DNA of 64,000 bases from Bryobacteraceae bacterium (GCA_035485055.1 DATHOJ010000083.1:55966-119965), one strand, 5' to 3'. Positions 9,700 to 19,121 are shown, numbered from the stretch's first letter. Translations and numbers: made by a program. The notes: generated by a model from the letters alone, not told the origin.

Positions 9700-10668
9700 T
9701 TACCACTTCGACTCGGCACGACCGCGGGTTGTCTGTATCGTCGGCAGCTCGGCATTGGCCAGAAACGGTAGCACTCTATCGGAAGTGCCGGACGGGGAAA
9801 ACCGGGCGGATGCGACCCAGCGGCGTGCTCCGGGCACTTTCGATAGAGCCGTTTGAAGTGAGCCGTTGGCGGTTGCGGCGGACGCGGCACTTATGGGATT
9901 TGATGTTGTCGGGAACTTCGCGCCTGTCGATTTCTGATTTCCGCCATGCGATCCCACACAGGATACCGACTCCAGAAACATCTGATGGGCTCGAACGAGG
10001 TCCGTTTCAGCCTGGGTCCGCTCTCGATCGTGGGAATCGGCGAGGTTCAGGCACACGTTTCCTGAGTGTTCGGATAGGCGCGGGTTGTCGGCCGTGAGCT
10101 TCCTACGACGTATCAAACTGAACACCTTTTCCTTGCAGAATGGCGTCAAGTTGTGCTGCTGAGAGGTGTTCGACGAACTCCATCGGAGTTCTGCAATGTG
10201 GGCATCGCCTGGATCACCATACGTTGGCTGTAAATGTCATTCCACCTTCAACGAGCCACTTCGGAACGACGCAGGCCCGTGGAGTAGAGCGTCATCAGCA
10301 TCGCGCGATGCGCCAGATTGCTGGCGGCGTCCAATCAGCTTCGCCACTTCGTCCTGAATGAGCACGACGGGCAATCGCCGCGGCACTTTCGGGTACGGAA
10401 AATCCTGCCACAGGTACGGCCGCTTCAGCGTCTGCGCGAAGAAGAACTGCACGGCGGCCATGCGCTGCTTGACTGTTGTCGGAGCAAGCCTCCGGTCACG
10501 GAGCAGATCGAGTTGAAACTCGCGGATGTGCTCGGGGCCAAGCTGATCGGGCGGCCGGCGGAAATACTCGGCGAACTGCCGTAGAGCCAATGTATAGGCT
10601 GCTGCGGTAGTCTGGGCATAATTACGACGCTGGAGTTCCTCCAGCATCATTTTGCGTAAACGGGTCAC
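9700..10668 (-). pseudogene. tyrosine recombinase (phage-integrase family), degraded
   Basis: The SAM-like N-domain is intact: MTRLRKMMLEELQRRNYAQTTAAAYTLALRQFAEYFRRPPDQLGPEHIREFQLDLL...RLPVVLIQDEVAKLI. The catalytic domain can only be followed by changing frame (AASNLAHRAMLMTLYSTGLRRSEVAR, IYSQRMVI, FLANAELPTIQ in place of HLLExGxDxRxIQ). The R-H-R-Y residues cannot be recovered. Confidence 0.75.
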
Positions 10669-10972
10669 AGGGAACCTCCTTGCGACCCGACACTATCCTG
10701 GCTATGCGCGCTTCCGCCGAACCGTCCTCACGCGTACCGTCCGCCGCGCCAGCGGCTTAGTTCAAACGGCGTTGTGGGAGCTTACTCCCGTGATGTCGCC
10801 GCCACGTCAACGAATTTACATGGCCGCGCTTGGAGGCTAGACTTTCCGAATCGCTAGATGTTCGAAAACCGCTTTTCCACGGCGGGCCACTACTTTTCCG
10901 CTTGCTTTTTCTATCGACGCGAGTGATGAATTGTCATGCGCGAAGCAAGCGCAGAAAAAGATAGTCAAACAC

Positions 10973-11210
10973 ATGACGACCGCAGCAGAAACCAACACTG
11001 CCGACAAACCCGCCGCCGTTGCGGCACAGGGCGCGCACGTCGCGCCGGAGAAGGCTCCCGGCACGAAAGCCGCCACCCGGAAGAAGAGCCCGCCAAGGCC
11101 AAGAAAACTGCCAGCGGGGCCAAGCCGGGAGCCAAAGCCAAGGCCGCGCACAAAAGGCTGACAAGGGCCGTCCGGAAGGCCACCCCAGAGTGAGCGACTT
11201 TGGATTCTAG
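10973..11210 (+). other. Lys/Ala/Pro-rich basic coding remnant spread over three frames
   Basis: MTTAAETNTADKPAAVAAQGAHVAPEKAPGTKAATRKK is in one frame, PAKAKKTASGAKPGAKAKAAHK in a second, and KADKGRPEGHPRV in a third. Mirror ORFs on both strands are typical of low-complexity GC-rich DNA. Confidence 0.25.
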
Positions 11211-11988
11211 CTCACTTCACCGAAAGAAGACACCCTGTGTTAAAAGCATGGCGGCGTGAGCGTCTGAGACTGCAAGTGAAAGCTCGAATATCCGTTCGGT
11301 TGCCTGTTAACTAGCAAGTGGCGGGGATTTTTGGGTCGCCAAGCGAACCTTGAATTTTGCAACCTTGGCTTGCTCATCGTCCCGTCAGGGCGCCTCTTGC
11401 ACTGCACTGTTTGGAACCAATAGTCGTGCAATCAGCGGCGCGGCTGCGAGCTAGCCACGGATGGGATAGGGTTCGCTGATTCGTTTGGGGACCCAGTAAA
11501 CCGGGGCCACCCTGACGTAAACGCGATTTTGCGAAACTGGACGCCACGCAAATGATGCCGGCGCGAGCATTGGCTTTCTCCAGGCTCCCTATCGTTGGTT
11601 CCTGGAACGCGTGTTTCGGCGTCGCCTCCACGTACAGTATCTTCGTTTTTGAGCATTCCGCCGGGATTTCAGCAAAGGGGCGACCACCGATAACAAGGAC
11701 TGATGCGCAAAACGCCCCTCTCAAACGAACCAGCGCGCCGATCCACCAGACCGTATTCAAACGGTTATAGAACCCAGGAATTTCGAAGCCCACCTGGACT
11801 TCGAGTTGAACATGAAAATCGACTCCGAGACCACCCTCTACCGCGCTCCATGGGGCCGGGTCTGCGGCTCCGGGCTAAGCCGGGCAAGGGCCGTCAGGAA
11901 AGGAGCCATTGAAGTGGCGTCCAGGCCGCGCCCTGGGGATGACTGTTCTCCGCAACGCTCGTCCGAGCGTGTCCGATGGTTTGATAGA

Positions 11989-13632
11989 ATGTCCCGCATG
12001 CGAGCCGTACTTGCGATAATATGCATGGCTTCGCCCATTTGGGGCCAAAAGCCGTTTATCTTTTACCGTGGAGTGGCTAACGCGGCGAGCGGCATGGCTC
12101 CCGGCCTCCCTGGCGGCGCCGTTGCCCAGGGTTCGACCATCTCGATTTACGGAGCCAATCTCGGCCCGACCGCAAGCCCAGCGCTGGCCTTTCCCTTGTC
12201 GTCGACACTGGGCGGCGTCTCAATCACGTTGAAACAGGGCACAACCAGCGTCAGCGCGTACCCTGTGTTCGTAAGCGCGGCGCAGGTGAACGCGATTGTG
12301 CCGTCGAATACCCCACTGGGCCAAGTTTCTCTTCAGTTGGCCTACAACAATTCGCTAAGCAACCCTGCGCCGGTGATGATTGTGAAGTCGAACGTCGGCA
12401 TCTTCACCGTGACCGGAGGCGCGGGGCCAGGAATATTCCAGAACTACGTCTCAGCAACCTCAGCACCGACCAATTCACTAACAGTTGCTGCGGCGCCGAA
12501 CCAATCCGTAACGGTGTGGGGCACAGGTCTTGGACCCGTCAGTTTCCCCGACAACGTCGCCCCTACTGTGACTTCGCTGCCGATCCAGACTCAGGTATTC
12601 GTTGGCGGCATTTCTGCGACCATCGCCTACAGTGGCCGGAGTCCCTGCTGCGCCGGGATCGATGAGATTGTTTTCCAAGTCCCATCGAACGCGCCTCTGG
12701 GTTGTTGGGTTCCCGTCTATGTAAAGACCGGAGGCGCCGCCGTCAGCAACACGGTGACAATGGCCATCTCCTCGAACGCCAGTTCCTGTTCGGAGCCCTC
12801 CAACGTGCTTCCGGGCGCATTGATCCAGGGCAACAACACGGCGCGAATTCTTGCGGCGCGCATAGCGCTACATCATGACGTTGGGGTCGCGAATACCAAC
12901 GACACAACCACGGATGTTTTGGGTGCCTATGTCGCTCAGGAGAATGGTGATCAGTTCAATTTCGATCCCAGCGTCTCCCTGCCACCAGGGGGAACCTGTA
13001 CTTCTTACACGTACTTTGGCGATGCGACGCAAAACGCCGGATTGCCCCCTGCGTTTCCAGCCCCAGTTCCGACGGGACGCGCCTTGAACGCGGGCACTAT
13101 CTCGCTGGGATCGGCAAAGGCGTCCGGTTTCTCAACGCTTGTCGGCGGCGCGATTCCCACAATAACCGGCGCGCAGAACTCGCTGGTGCTGAACCCCGGA
13201 AGCGTGAGTGTTTCGGCATCCGGAGGAGCCGACGTAAGTTCGTTCCAAGCAACCGCCACCATTCCGCAGCCGCTTGTATGGACCAACCGCGATCAGCTTC
13301 AAACGGTTACCCGCAGCCAGGGCTTCACCGTGAATTGGAGCGGTGTGGCATCCGGAAACACTGTCTTCATTTCCGGATTCGGTGTCGATCTTCCGACCAA
13401 TGCGTCCGCCGCGTTTATTTGTACTGCACCTGCCGGCTCTTCGAGCTTCACTGTTCCCGCCGACGTCCTTGCGAACATCCCCGCAGCGCGTGCGCGGCTG
13501 ACTCAATCGCGGGGCACGATCTACGTGGGCCAATGGCCGATTGCCAGTCCGCCCTCGTTCTCAGCGACGGGATTGAACTCGGGTTTCTTCGTACCTCTCG
13601 AACTCACGGGAAGGACGGTGGCGTTCCAATGA
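11989..13632 (+). CDS. secreted repeat protein with TIGR03437-like (Solibacter-type, IPT/TIG-like) domains
   Basis: Signal peptide MSRMRAVLAIICMASPIWGQ. VANAASGMAPGLPGGAVAQGSTISIYGANLGP...AQVNAIVPSNTPLG...VWGTGLGPV...YSGRSPCCAGIDEIVFQVPSNAPLG. Start trimmed from the track ORF at 11806. Confidence 0.8.
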   Translation: MSRMRAVLAIICMASPIWGQKPFIFYRGVANAASGMAPGLPGGAVAQGSTISIYGANLGPTASPALAFPLSSTLGGVSITLKQGTTSVSAYPVFVSAAQVNAIVPSNTPLGQVSLQLAYNNSLSNPAPVMIVKSNVGIFTVTGGAGPGIFQNYVSATSAPTNSLTVAAAPNQSVTVWGTGLGPVSFPDNVAPTVTSLPIQTQVFVGGISATIAYSGRSPCCAGIDEIVFQVPSNAPLGCWVPVYVKTGGAAVSNTVTMAISSNASSCSEPSNVLPGALIQGNNTARILAARIALHHDVGVANTNDTTTDVLGAYVAQENGDQFNFDPSVSLPPGGTCTSYTYFGDATQNAGLPPAFPAPVPTGRALNAGTISLGSAKASGFSTLVGGAIPTITGAQNSLVLNPGSVSVSASGGADVSSFQATATIPQPLVWTNRDQLQTVTRSQGFTVNWSGVASGNTVFISGFGVDLPTNASAAFICTAPAGSSSFTVPADVLANIPAARARLTQSRGTIYVGQWPIASPPSFSATGLNSGFFVPLELTGRTVAFQ

Positions 13633-14852
13633 GAAGTATCTTCTTTGCCGTGGTCACCGCCTCCGCTGCGACCTGCTTCGCCGGACAAAGTTACATCACC
13701 GTTTGGTGCAATAACCAAACTGGGCAAGTACAGGTCTATCAGACCAGCGAGTTGAGTGTGCTCGGAATCGGTCTCGGCGTGACAAATGACGACTATACGC
13801 CCCGCGGCAGCCCACTCAACGGCAAGACATGTAAGTACGTTGAAGGCACGGGTGTCCAACTCGGACATCCGTATACGTTCAGTGATGCCACCCAAATCGG
13901 AGTCGTCCCTGGCCCCCCTTCTTCTTCCGGCCAAGTCAGACCCGCCCAGATGTCTTCGACCGAGCCGTCAACGTCTCTCGTGAACACCTTCCCCTGGATG
14001 GTTCCGCTGCCGTTTCCTCCACCCGTTGTAGTTCCCGCGGCTACAACGAGCGCCGCATGCGATGGAAGCATTCATGCGTTTCTAGTCGAGAACAGCACCG
14101 ATACGGTCTCCGACATTAGCCTCTGCCCGTTATCGAACGTCAAAACGATTCCGGTTTGCTCTAGCCCACTCGAACAGGCTCTGACGCCAGACGGCTCGAT
14201 GCTGCTCGTGACTTGTTACAACAACGCCATCGATTGGATCAGCACCGCTACGGATCAAGTCGTCTATACCCTTTCGGTTCCGAACGCCTATCCTGCTGGC
14301 ATTGCCATGTCACCTGACGGAACACGCGCCTACGTGACCAACTATTACGACCAAAATCCCTCGCCGTCTCTGTTGGTCATCGATGTCGTCAAGCGCGTCG
14401 TGCTGAATACGATCCCGCTCACGACTTCATTTCCCGGCGTCGTTGCGATTACCCCGGATGGTTCACAAGCCTGGATCGATTACTACAACTCCGATAACGT
14501 GGACATTGTTGATTTGCTCAGCGGCACCGTTAGCGGGGGGATCCGATTCTCAAACGTCACACAGAACGGCATTGCCTTCAATCCCACCGGCACGAAGGCC
14601 TTCATCGCAACTGGCAATCAGGTTGCAATTGTGAATACGCAAACCCTCCAGATCATTACGACTATCAATGTCGGAAATTCGCCTCTCGACGTAGTCATGA
14701 ATCCAGATGGAAGCGACGTGCTGGTCGGCAGCTATATTTCGGGTTCCATCGCTCGCATCGATGCAATTCAAAATACATTGGTTCAGACCTACACGCCTAA
14801 CGGCGGAGGTGAAGGACTGATCTATTGGTTGGGCAATTTTCCATTTCAGTAG
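13629..14852 (+). CDS. YVTN-family beta-propeller repeat protein, secreted
   Basis: The ATG overlaps the upstream stop (ATGA at 13629-13632). Signal peptide MRSIFFAVVTASAATCFA. Repeats: MSPDGTRAYVTNYYD, ITPDGSQAWIDYYNSDNVDIVD, FNPTGTKAFIATGNQVAIVN, MNPDGSDVLVGSY. Confidence 0.8.
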   Translation: MRSIFFAVVTASAATCFAGQSYITVWCNNQTGQVQVYQTSELSVLGIGLGVTNDDYTPRGSPLNGKTCKYVEGTGVQLGHPYTFSDATQIGVVPGPPSSSGQVRPAQMSSTEPSTSLVNTFPWMVPLPFPPPVVVPAATTSAACDGSIHAFLVENSTDTVSDISLCPLSNVKTIPVCSSPLEQALTPDGSMLLVTCYNNAIDWISTATDQVVYTLSVPNAYPAGIAMSPDGTRAYVTNYYDQNPSPSLLVIDVVKRVVLNTIPLTTSFPGVVAITPDGSQAWIDYYNSDNVDIVDLLSGTVSGGIRFSNVTQNGIAFNPTGTKAFIATGNQVAIVNTQTLQIITTINVGNSPLDVVMNPDGSDVLVGSYISGSIARIDAIQNTLVQTYTPNGGGEGLIYWLGNFPFQ

Positions 14853-14870
14853 ACGCCGCACGCGAGTCCA

Positions 14871-15253
14871 AACTACGATCAGCGCGTTGGGGAAGTGTTT
14901 GTCCAGCAAAGTGCGATAGTTCGTCGCCAGGTCGACGCACACCACGCGCACGCGGTGATTTTCAGATCGAAGAAGGTTGTCGTATAGCCGTGGCGCCGCG
15001 AAAAGGAATGTTCATCGATGCCCAACATCGCCGCGCACAGAGCGAGGCCAGTCGTTGGAGCACGTGCTGGAACCAACGCTCCACCGTCGCGCTCCCGATC
15101 CCTTCGCTCTGGCCGAGGCGCCGCCGGCTGATCCGGTCCGGGGGTCGTAAAAAGATCATGCGCCATCTTGCGGCCACAGCGCGCGCAGCCATCGGCAATA
15201 ACCGCGCATTTCCTTAGTAATAGGCCTCGAGGATTCTTACTCCGTGCTTGCAA
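14871..15253 (-). mobile_element. ISL3-family transposase remnant (frameshifted, internally deleted, both ends missing)
   Basis: ISRRRLGQSEGIGSATVERWF, LGIDEHSFSRRHGYTTTFFDLK and VRVVCVDLATNYRTLLDKHFPNALIVV lie in three different frames. Homology stops at 14871, just before the expected DRFHV motif and 19 nt after the YVTN gene stop. Confidence 0.7.
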
Positions 15254-15544
15254 TCCGGTTCACTACGTCTTGATTTGCATCGCTCATCACCGCGAACAAG
15301 GATCGACCATTCGGATGCCGTTACGGTAGTTACCGCTTCCACACCTTCTTCCTTTTTTCTTCCTTCCGATGACTAGCTGAACTTAAAATAGCCACAGCTA
15401 CGGATGCTGCTCTTGTAAACTTGTCGGAAACAACTCACGCTTTGCTTGTAGTCCGCGTGGACCGGATTCAAAGCTCGGCTATAGGCTGCCTGCCCCGGCC
15501 TATAGCCCTCTGTTTCTGCCCAATTGGCAGTTTTCCTCAATCAT

Positions 15545-15567
15545 TCTCTGCAAAACGTGCTTGCAGA
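15545..15567 (-). terminator. hairpin downstream of the amidohydrolase gene (no U-tract)
   Basis: CTCTGCAA-7 nt-TTGCAGAG, 8-bp perfect stem, 22 nt past the stop codon. A second hairpin with a 10-bp stem lies at 15477-15507 (GGCTATAGGC/GCCTATAGCC). Confidence 0.3.
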
Positions 15568-15588
15568 GAGGCCACGAATACCTCAGCG

Positions 15589-16689
15589 TCAATGATGCGA
15601 AGCTAATTCTGGCTTTCGTTCATTCTGACTGAGACCGAGCAGGTGCTCTGCGTTGAGGTGCGCGATCTTCGCCTTGTCATTCAAGTTGATCGGCATCTGA
15701 TCAAAGAATTGGCGAGCGGCTTTCATGTCCCCGTATGGATAGTCCGTGGTGAATACGACGCGGTCAATGCCGACCGTGTTCGCCATGCCCAGATAGGCCT
15801 GGTACGCCAAACTCCAGCCGCTGTCCATCGCGCCAGGTTCTTGGCCCACGTACTCACCAGCGAGGATTCCACCATAGAAGTTCTCCCGAATGTATTCCTT
15901 GATGGTCCGCTTCAGCCCACCGTTCTTGCCTAACGGAAAAGAGTAGTCCATTCGCCACGCCGACCAACTCAATATTTCGAAATTGTGGCCCACGATAATC
16001 TGCAGGGCAGGAAACCGGTCGAACACGCCGCCGAGGATTAAGCGGAGGCAGTGTACCCCGGTGTCGATGTGCCAGCCGACTCCTGCAATTGACAGAAACG
16101 CAGATATTTCGGGAGAGAAGCCGCTGTAGTAGGCATCGACCACCGGCTTGGGCGGAATCTGGGGGTGTAGGTAGATGGGCACGCCGAGTGCCTCGGCGCA
16201 TTCAAACACTGGCCAGAAGAATTTGTCGTCAAAGTAACGCCCGTTGATGTTGCTGTTTATCAATGCGCCAACGAAGCGCAGGTCGCGAACGGCGCGCTCG
16301 AGTTCGTGGACTGCAGCCACGGGGTCGAGCATCGGTAGTGTGGCAAATCCGAGAAGCCGGTCTGGGTAATTAGAGACCGTAGCCGCCAGGGCGTCGTTCG
16401 CCTGTCTAGTTAGCTCCTTCGCAAGCGACGGTTCGAGGCCCTCTGCGTTCGGCGTAGGGTACGAGAGGATCGATACATCGATACCGGCGTCGTCCATAGC
16501 AGCGATCCGCCCCTCACCTAGATCATAGATGCCCGCTGGAAACCCGGTTTTTGAATCCTTGAACTTTCCCGTTTTTTTTAGTACATCGTACGCCAGCGCG
16601 ACCCTATCGTTCGCCTTATGAGCGGCTTCGTATATAACCGGAAGCCCGTAGTGTTCCTCTAACGCGATAATCTTCTTTGGATCCTTCAT
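15589..16689 (-). CDS. amidohydrolase family protein (amidohydrolase_2 / ACMSD-like metal-dependent hydrolase or decarboxylase)
   Basis: MKDPKKIIALEEHYGLP..., DDAGIDVSILSY, LGVPIYLHPQ, WHIDTGVH, FTTDYPYGDM. GGAGAA RBS before the ATG at 16689. The upstream 77 codons of the track ORF are leader sequence. Confidence 0.85.
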   Translation of the reverse strand: MKDPKKIIALEEHYGLPVIYEAAHKANDRVALAYDVLKKTGKFKDSKTGFPAGIYDLGEGRIAAMDDAGIDVSILSYPTPNAEGLEPSLAKELTRQANDALAATVSNYPDRLLGFATLPMLDPVAAVHELERAVRDLRFVGALINSNINGRYFDDKFFWPVFECAEALGVPIYLHPQIPPKPVVDAYYSGFSPEISAFLSIAGVGWHIDTGVHCLRLILGGVFDRFPALQIIVGHNFEILSWSAWRMDYSFPLGKNGGLKRTIKEYIRENFYGGILAGEYVGQEPGAMDSGWSLAYQAYLGMANTVGIDRVVFTTDYPYGDMKAARQFFDQMPINLNDKAKIAHLNAEHLLGLSQNERKPELASHH

Positions 16690-16759
16690 CACTTGATTCT
16701 CCTCAGTAAGGTCAGGATGTCTGAACGTTCCACCGTATCCAAGAACGTCCGCGCTCGTT

Positions 16760-17075
16760 AGCGACGCACGCCGAGTGCCAGGAGGCAGTCCCACAGTATC
16801 GCCTGAATTCAAAGGAGTTGTGAAATAGCGACCCGTGCCGGCATTCGTTGCGTGACGAATCTCTGACGTCAAGACGGAAAGCAGATTGACGCGGACCGCA
16901 GCCGCAATTCCGTAACGCATTCAACGGAGACTGTGAGACAAACCGGGAAGGCTCTGGCTCTGAAGGCCTCAGGCTGATCCAAGCGGCGACAGCGCTTTCC
17001 GTACTGTGTGCGATCAAGCAGGGAATCTGCGCGCTCCATTCGCGCAGAATGCGGACGGCCTCATCTTTCGCTCAC
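16760..17075 (-). repeat. copy A of a ~320-bp inverted homologous leader/promoter segment (partner at 19351-19667)
   Basis: Shared ordered blocks when read on the minus strand: GTGAGCGAAA, GCCGTCCG..TTCTGCGCGA, CTGTCGCCGCTTGG, GGTTTGTCTCAC, ACGGAATTGC, TTGACGTCAGAG, CACGCAACGAAT, TTGAATTCAGGCGAT, GGCACTCG. Confidence 0.75.
16765..16780 (-). promoter_or_regulatory. candidate sigma-54 (-24/-12) promoter for the amidohydrolase gene
   Basis: The minus strand reads TGGCACTCGGCGTGCG, i.e. GG-N10-GC with TGGCAC at -24. It lies about 75 nt upstream of the ATG at 16689. Confidence 0.45.
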
Positions 17076-17504
17076 GGCACTCTTCGAAGCGGTAGGACGG
17101 TTCGGACTAGGAGCAACGCTTCGGTTTTATGCTGCCCAGTGGGGGACATGCTCGCATGACCTCCGAGGGATGGCGTCCCAGTGCTCATTGGTACCCTTCT
17201 TAGTGGTCTGGTTCAACCGAGAGTACTGAGAGCAACTGGTCGCCGTCAACCGCTATAATTCCCAGCGGGAGCGGCAGAGTGTGCCATAGCCATGGATCAA
17301 TTCGCCAGATAAATCGTTAATGTGGCTCTCAAACAAAATGGAGCTTGCGAATTAATACTGTCACGGATGACGATATCGCGGCAAACGCTTCAAAAGCTAA
17401 ATCGGGATTATGAGTTTGTAAGGAATTTTTGGGGACTACGGGGAGAGAGTGTCGCTACGGCCTAACTGATGACTCTGGCGGCACGAAATCGGATACGGGA
17501 ATGC

Positions 17505-17695
17505 TTACTCCGCGGCTTTGAGTCGGTCGAGGATGCCAAGCTTTTTCATTTTATAAAGCAGAGTGGTGCGCGCGAGTCCTAGTCTGACTGCTGCACCTTC
17601 CGGTCCGCCGACCGTCCAACCCGACGCTTCCAATGTCTGCAAGATTAAACCCCGGTCGATTTCCTTCAGTGTCGTTGACTTCGATATCACAGCTA
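17505..17695 (-). pseudogene. C-terminal HTH_8 (Fis-type) tail of a sigma-54 activator, orphan fragment
   Basis: TTLKEIDRGLILQTLEASGWTVGGPEGAAVRLGLARTTLLYKMKKLGI followed by a stop. No AAA+ domain lies upstream on this strand. Confidence 0.65.
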
Positions 17696-18331
17696 CCGTT
17701 TCCAGATGATCCGACGGCCTCAGGCCGACCTGATCTTCGGCTGTCTTAACGAGTGGGAGGCGCAGCAGCACATCGACGAATTCTCTCCGGGCACACAGGA
17801 CATTCCAGACCGGCTGGTGATTCCCGAAAGGTTGTATGGTCGCGACCGCGAAATTGAGGTATTGCTTGCAGCTTTCGACCGCGTCGTGGCAGGTGGGCGG
17901 CCGGAGTTGGTGCTCGTTTCCGGAAACTCCGGAATCGGCAAGTCGTCGATCGTAAACGAACTCCACAAACCGCTTGTTCGTAACTCGCGGTCTGTTTCGC
18001 AGCAGATAAGTCCGACCAATATGAGAGACGTCCCCTATGCGACCTTGGCACAGGCCTTTCAGAGCCTCCTGCATCGGATTCTGACCAAGAGCGAGTCAGA
18101 ACTGAGCAAATGGCGCGACGCGCTTCGCGAAGCCTTAGGTCCGCACGGGCAGATCATTGTGGATCTGGTTCCCAAGCTGAAGTTCATCGTTGGAGAACAG
18201 CCCCTTGTTCCTGAAATTTCGCCACATGACGCGCAAGTTCGCTTTCAACAAGTCTGATTCGATTTATTGGCGTATTCGTGCGCCAAGAACATCCCCTCGC
18301 CTTATTCGTCGACGATTTGCAATGGCTCGCG
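17694..18331 (+). pseudogene. AAA_16 ATPase segment of a kinase-ATPase (STAND-like) regulator; fragment with a frameshift near 18250
   Basis: FQMIRRPQADLIFGCLNEWEAQQHIDEF...PERLYGRDREIEVLLAAFDRVVAGGRPELVLVSGNSGIGKSSIVNELHK...DVPYATLAQAFQSLLHRIL...WRDALREALGPHGQIIVDLVPKLKFIVGEQP...RFQQV, then in another frame LIRFIGVFVRQEHPLALFVDDLQWL. Confidence 0.8.
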
Positions 18332-19121
18332 CTCGAGGCCTACTGCTGTTTGGTACGGCTCCTCAGCGGTCTTGGCGAGGAGCTTGATGATGATGGCCGA
18401 AAGCATCCCCGGAATGCCCTTCGCCTGCCCGTCCGGCGGCGCGGGCTGCCGAGCGATATGGTAGTGCACGCAGTCCATCGGATCAGAAGCGATGAAGGGG
18501 AGACTCCCAGTCAGCATCTCGTACATCGTGACGCCCAAAGCATAGAGGTCGCTACGCAAATCGATGGAACGATTCATCCGTCCGGTCTGTTCCGGCGCCA
18601 TGTAGGGAAGGTTCCAGCGATGAACTCGGGTGGCCCGGGGGCTGTCGTTCGCGCGAAGACGCGAGGCGATTCCGAAACCCGTGAGCCAGGCATGGCCGGT
18701 CGCGGTGTCGACAAGGACATTCGAGGGTTTCAAATCTTTGTGGATCACCGAACGATTGTGTAACTGGTCAAGTGCGGTTGAAAGGCCAATGGCGAGACGC
18801 AAACATTGCTCTATTTCCATCGGGCCTCGAATGAGACGATGGAGAAACTCACCACCCGGATCCTCGAGCACTAGGACTTTCTGTCCGTTGCACTGCGAAA
18901 GAGCAAGGGGTCGAACTGCCCATGTTGGATCGAAATCGTGGCGGAGCGGATATTCGTGCTCCATCTTCTTGAGGCTTTCCAGTCGGAGGCGTGTCGAGGT
19001 AAGGGTCAGCAGAAGAACAGAAGGCGCTTCCGCTGTCTTTGTACGTGCTCGGTTCCTCATCCTCACGGAGGCATTCCCGCATATATTCTGACATTTCCAC
19101 AATGGGTGGCCTCTCCACCAT
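18332..19121 (-). pseudogene. Ser/Thr protein-kinase-like domain of the same regulator family; fragment with a frameshift near 19030
   Basis: YMRECLREDEEPS (one frame), then MEHEYPLRHDFDPTWAVRPLAL...VLVLEDPGGEFL...VIHKDLKPSNVLVD...WLTGFGIASRL...YMAPEQTGRMNRSIDLRSDLYALGVTMYEMLTGSLPF...LLAKTAEEPYQTAVGLE. Confidence 0.8.

Noticed and set aside
10973-11430. The idea that the Lys/Ala-rich ORF is the N-terminus of a DUF3489-type protein continuing downstream (…RPEG…KEDTL…WRGFLG…)
   Set aside because: It needs several frameshifts and yields only isolated residue matches. I cannot verify it by eye.
17694-18343. A clean, simple inversion of one gene segment as the full explanation for the kinase and AAA16 strand switch
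   Set aside because: Both pieces retain a version of the YQxxxGL linker (YQTAVGLE on one, FQMIRRPQ on the other). The junction is therefore duplicated or comes from two paralogs. A large deletion is also required. I kept this only as one of two scenarios.
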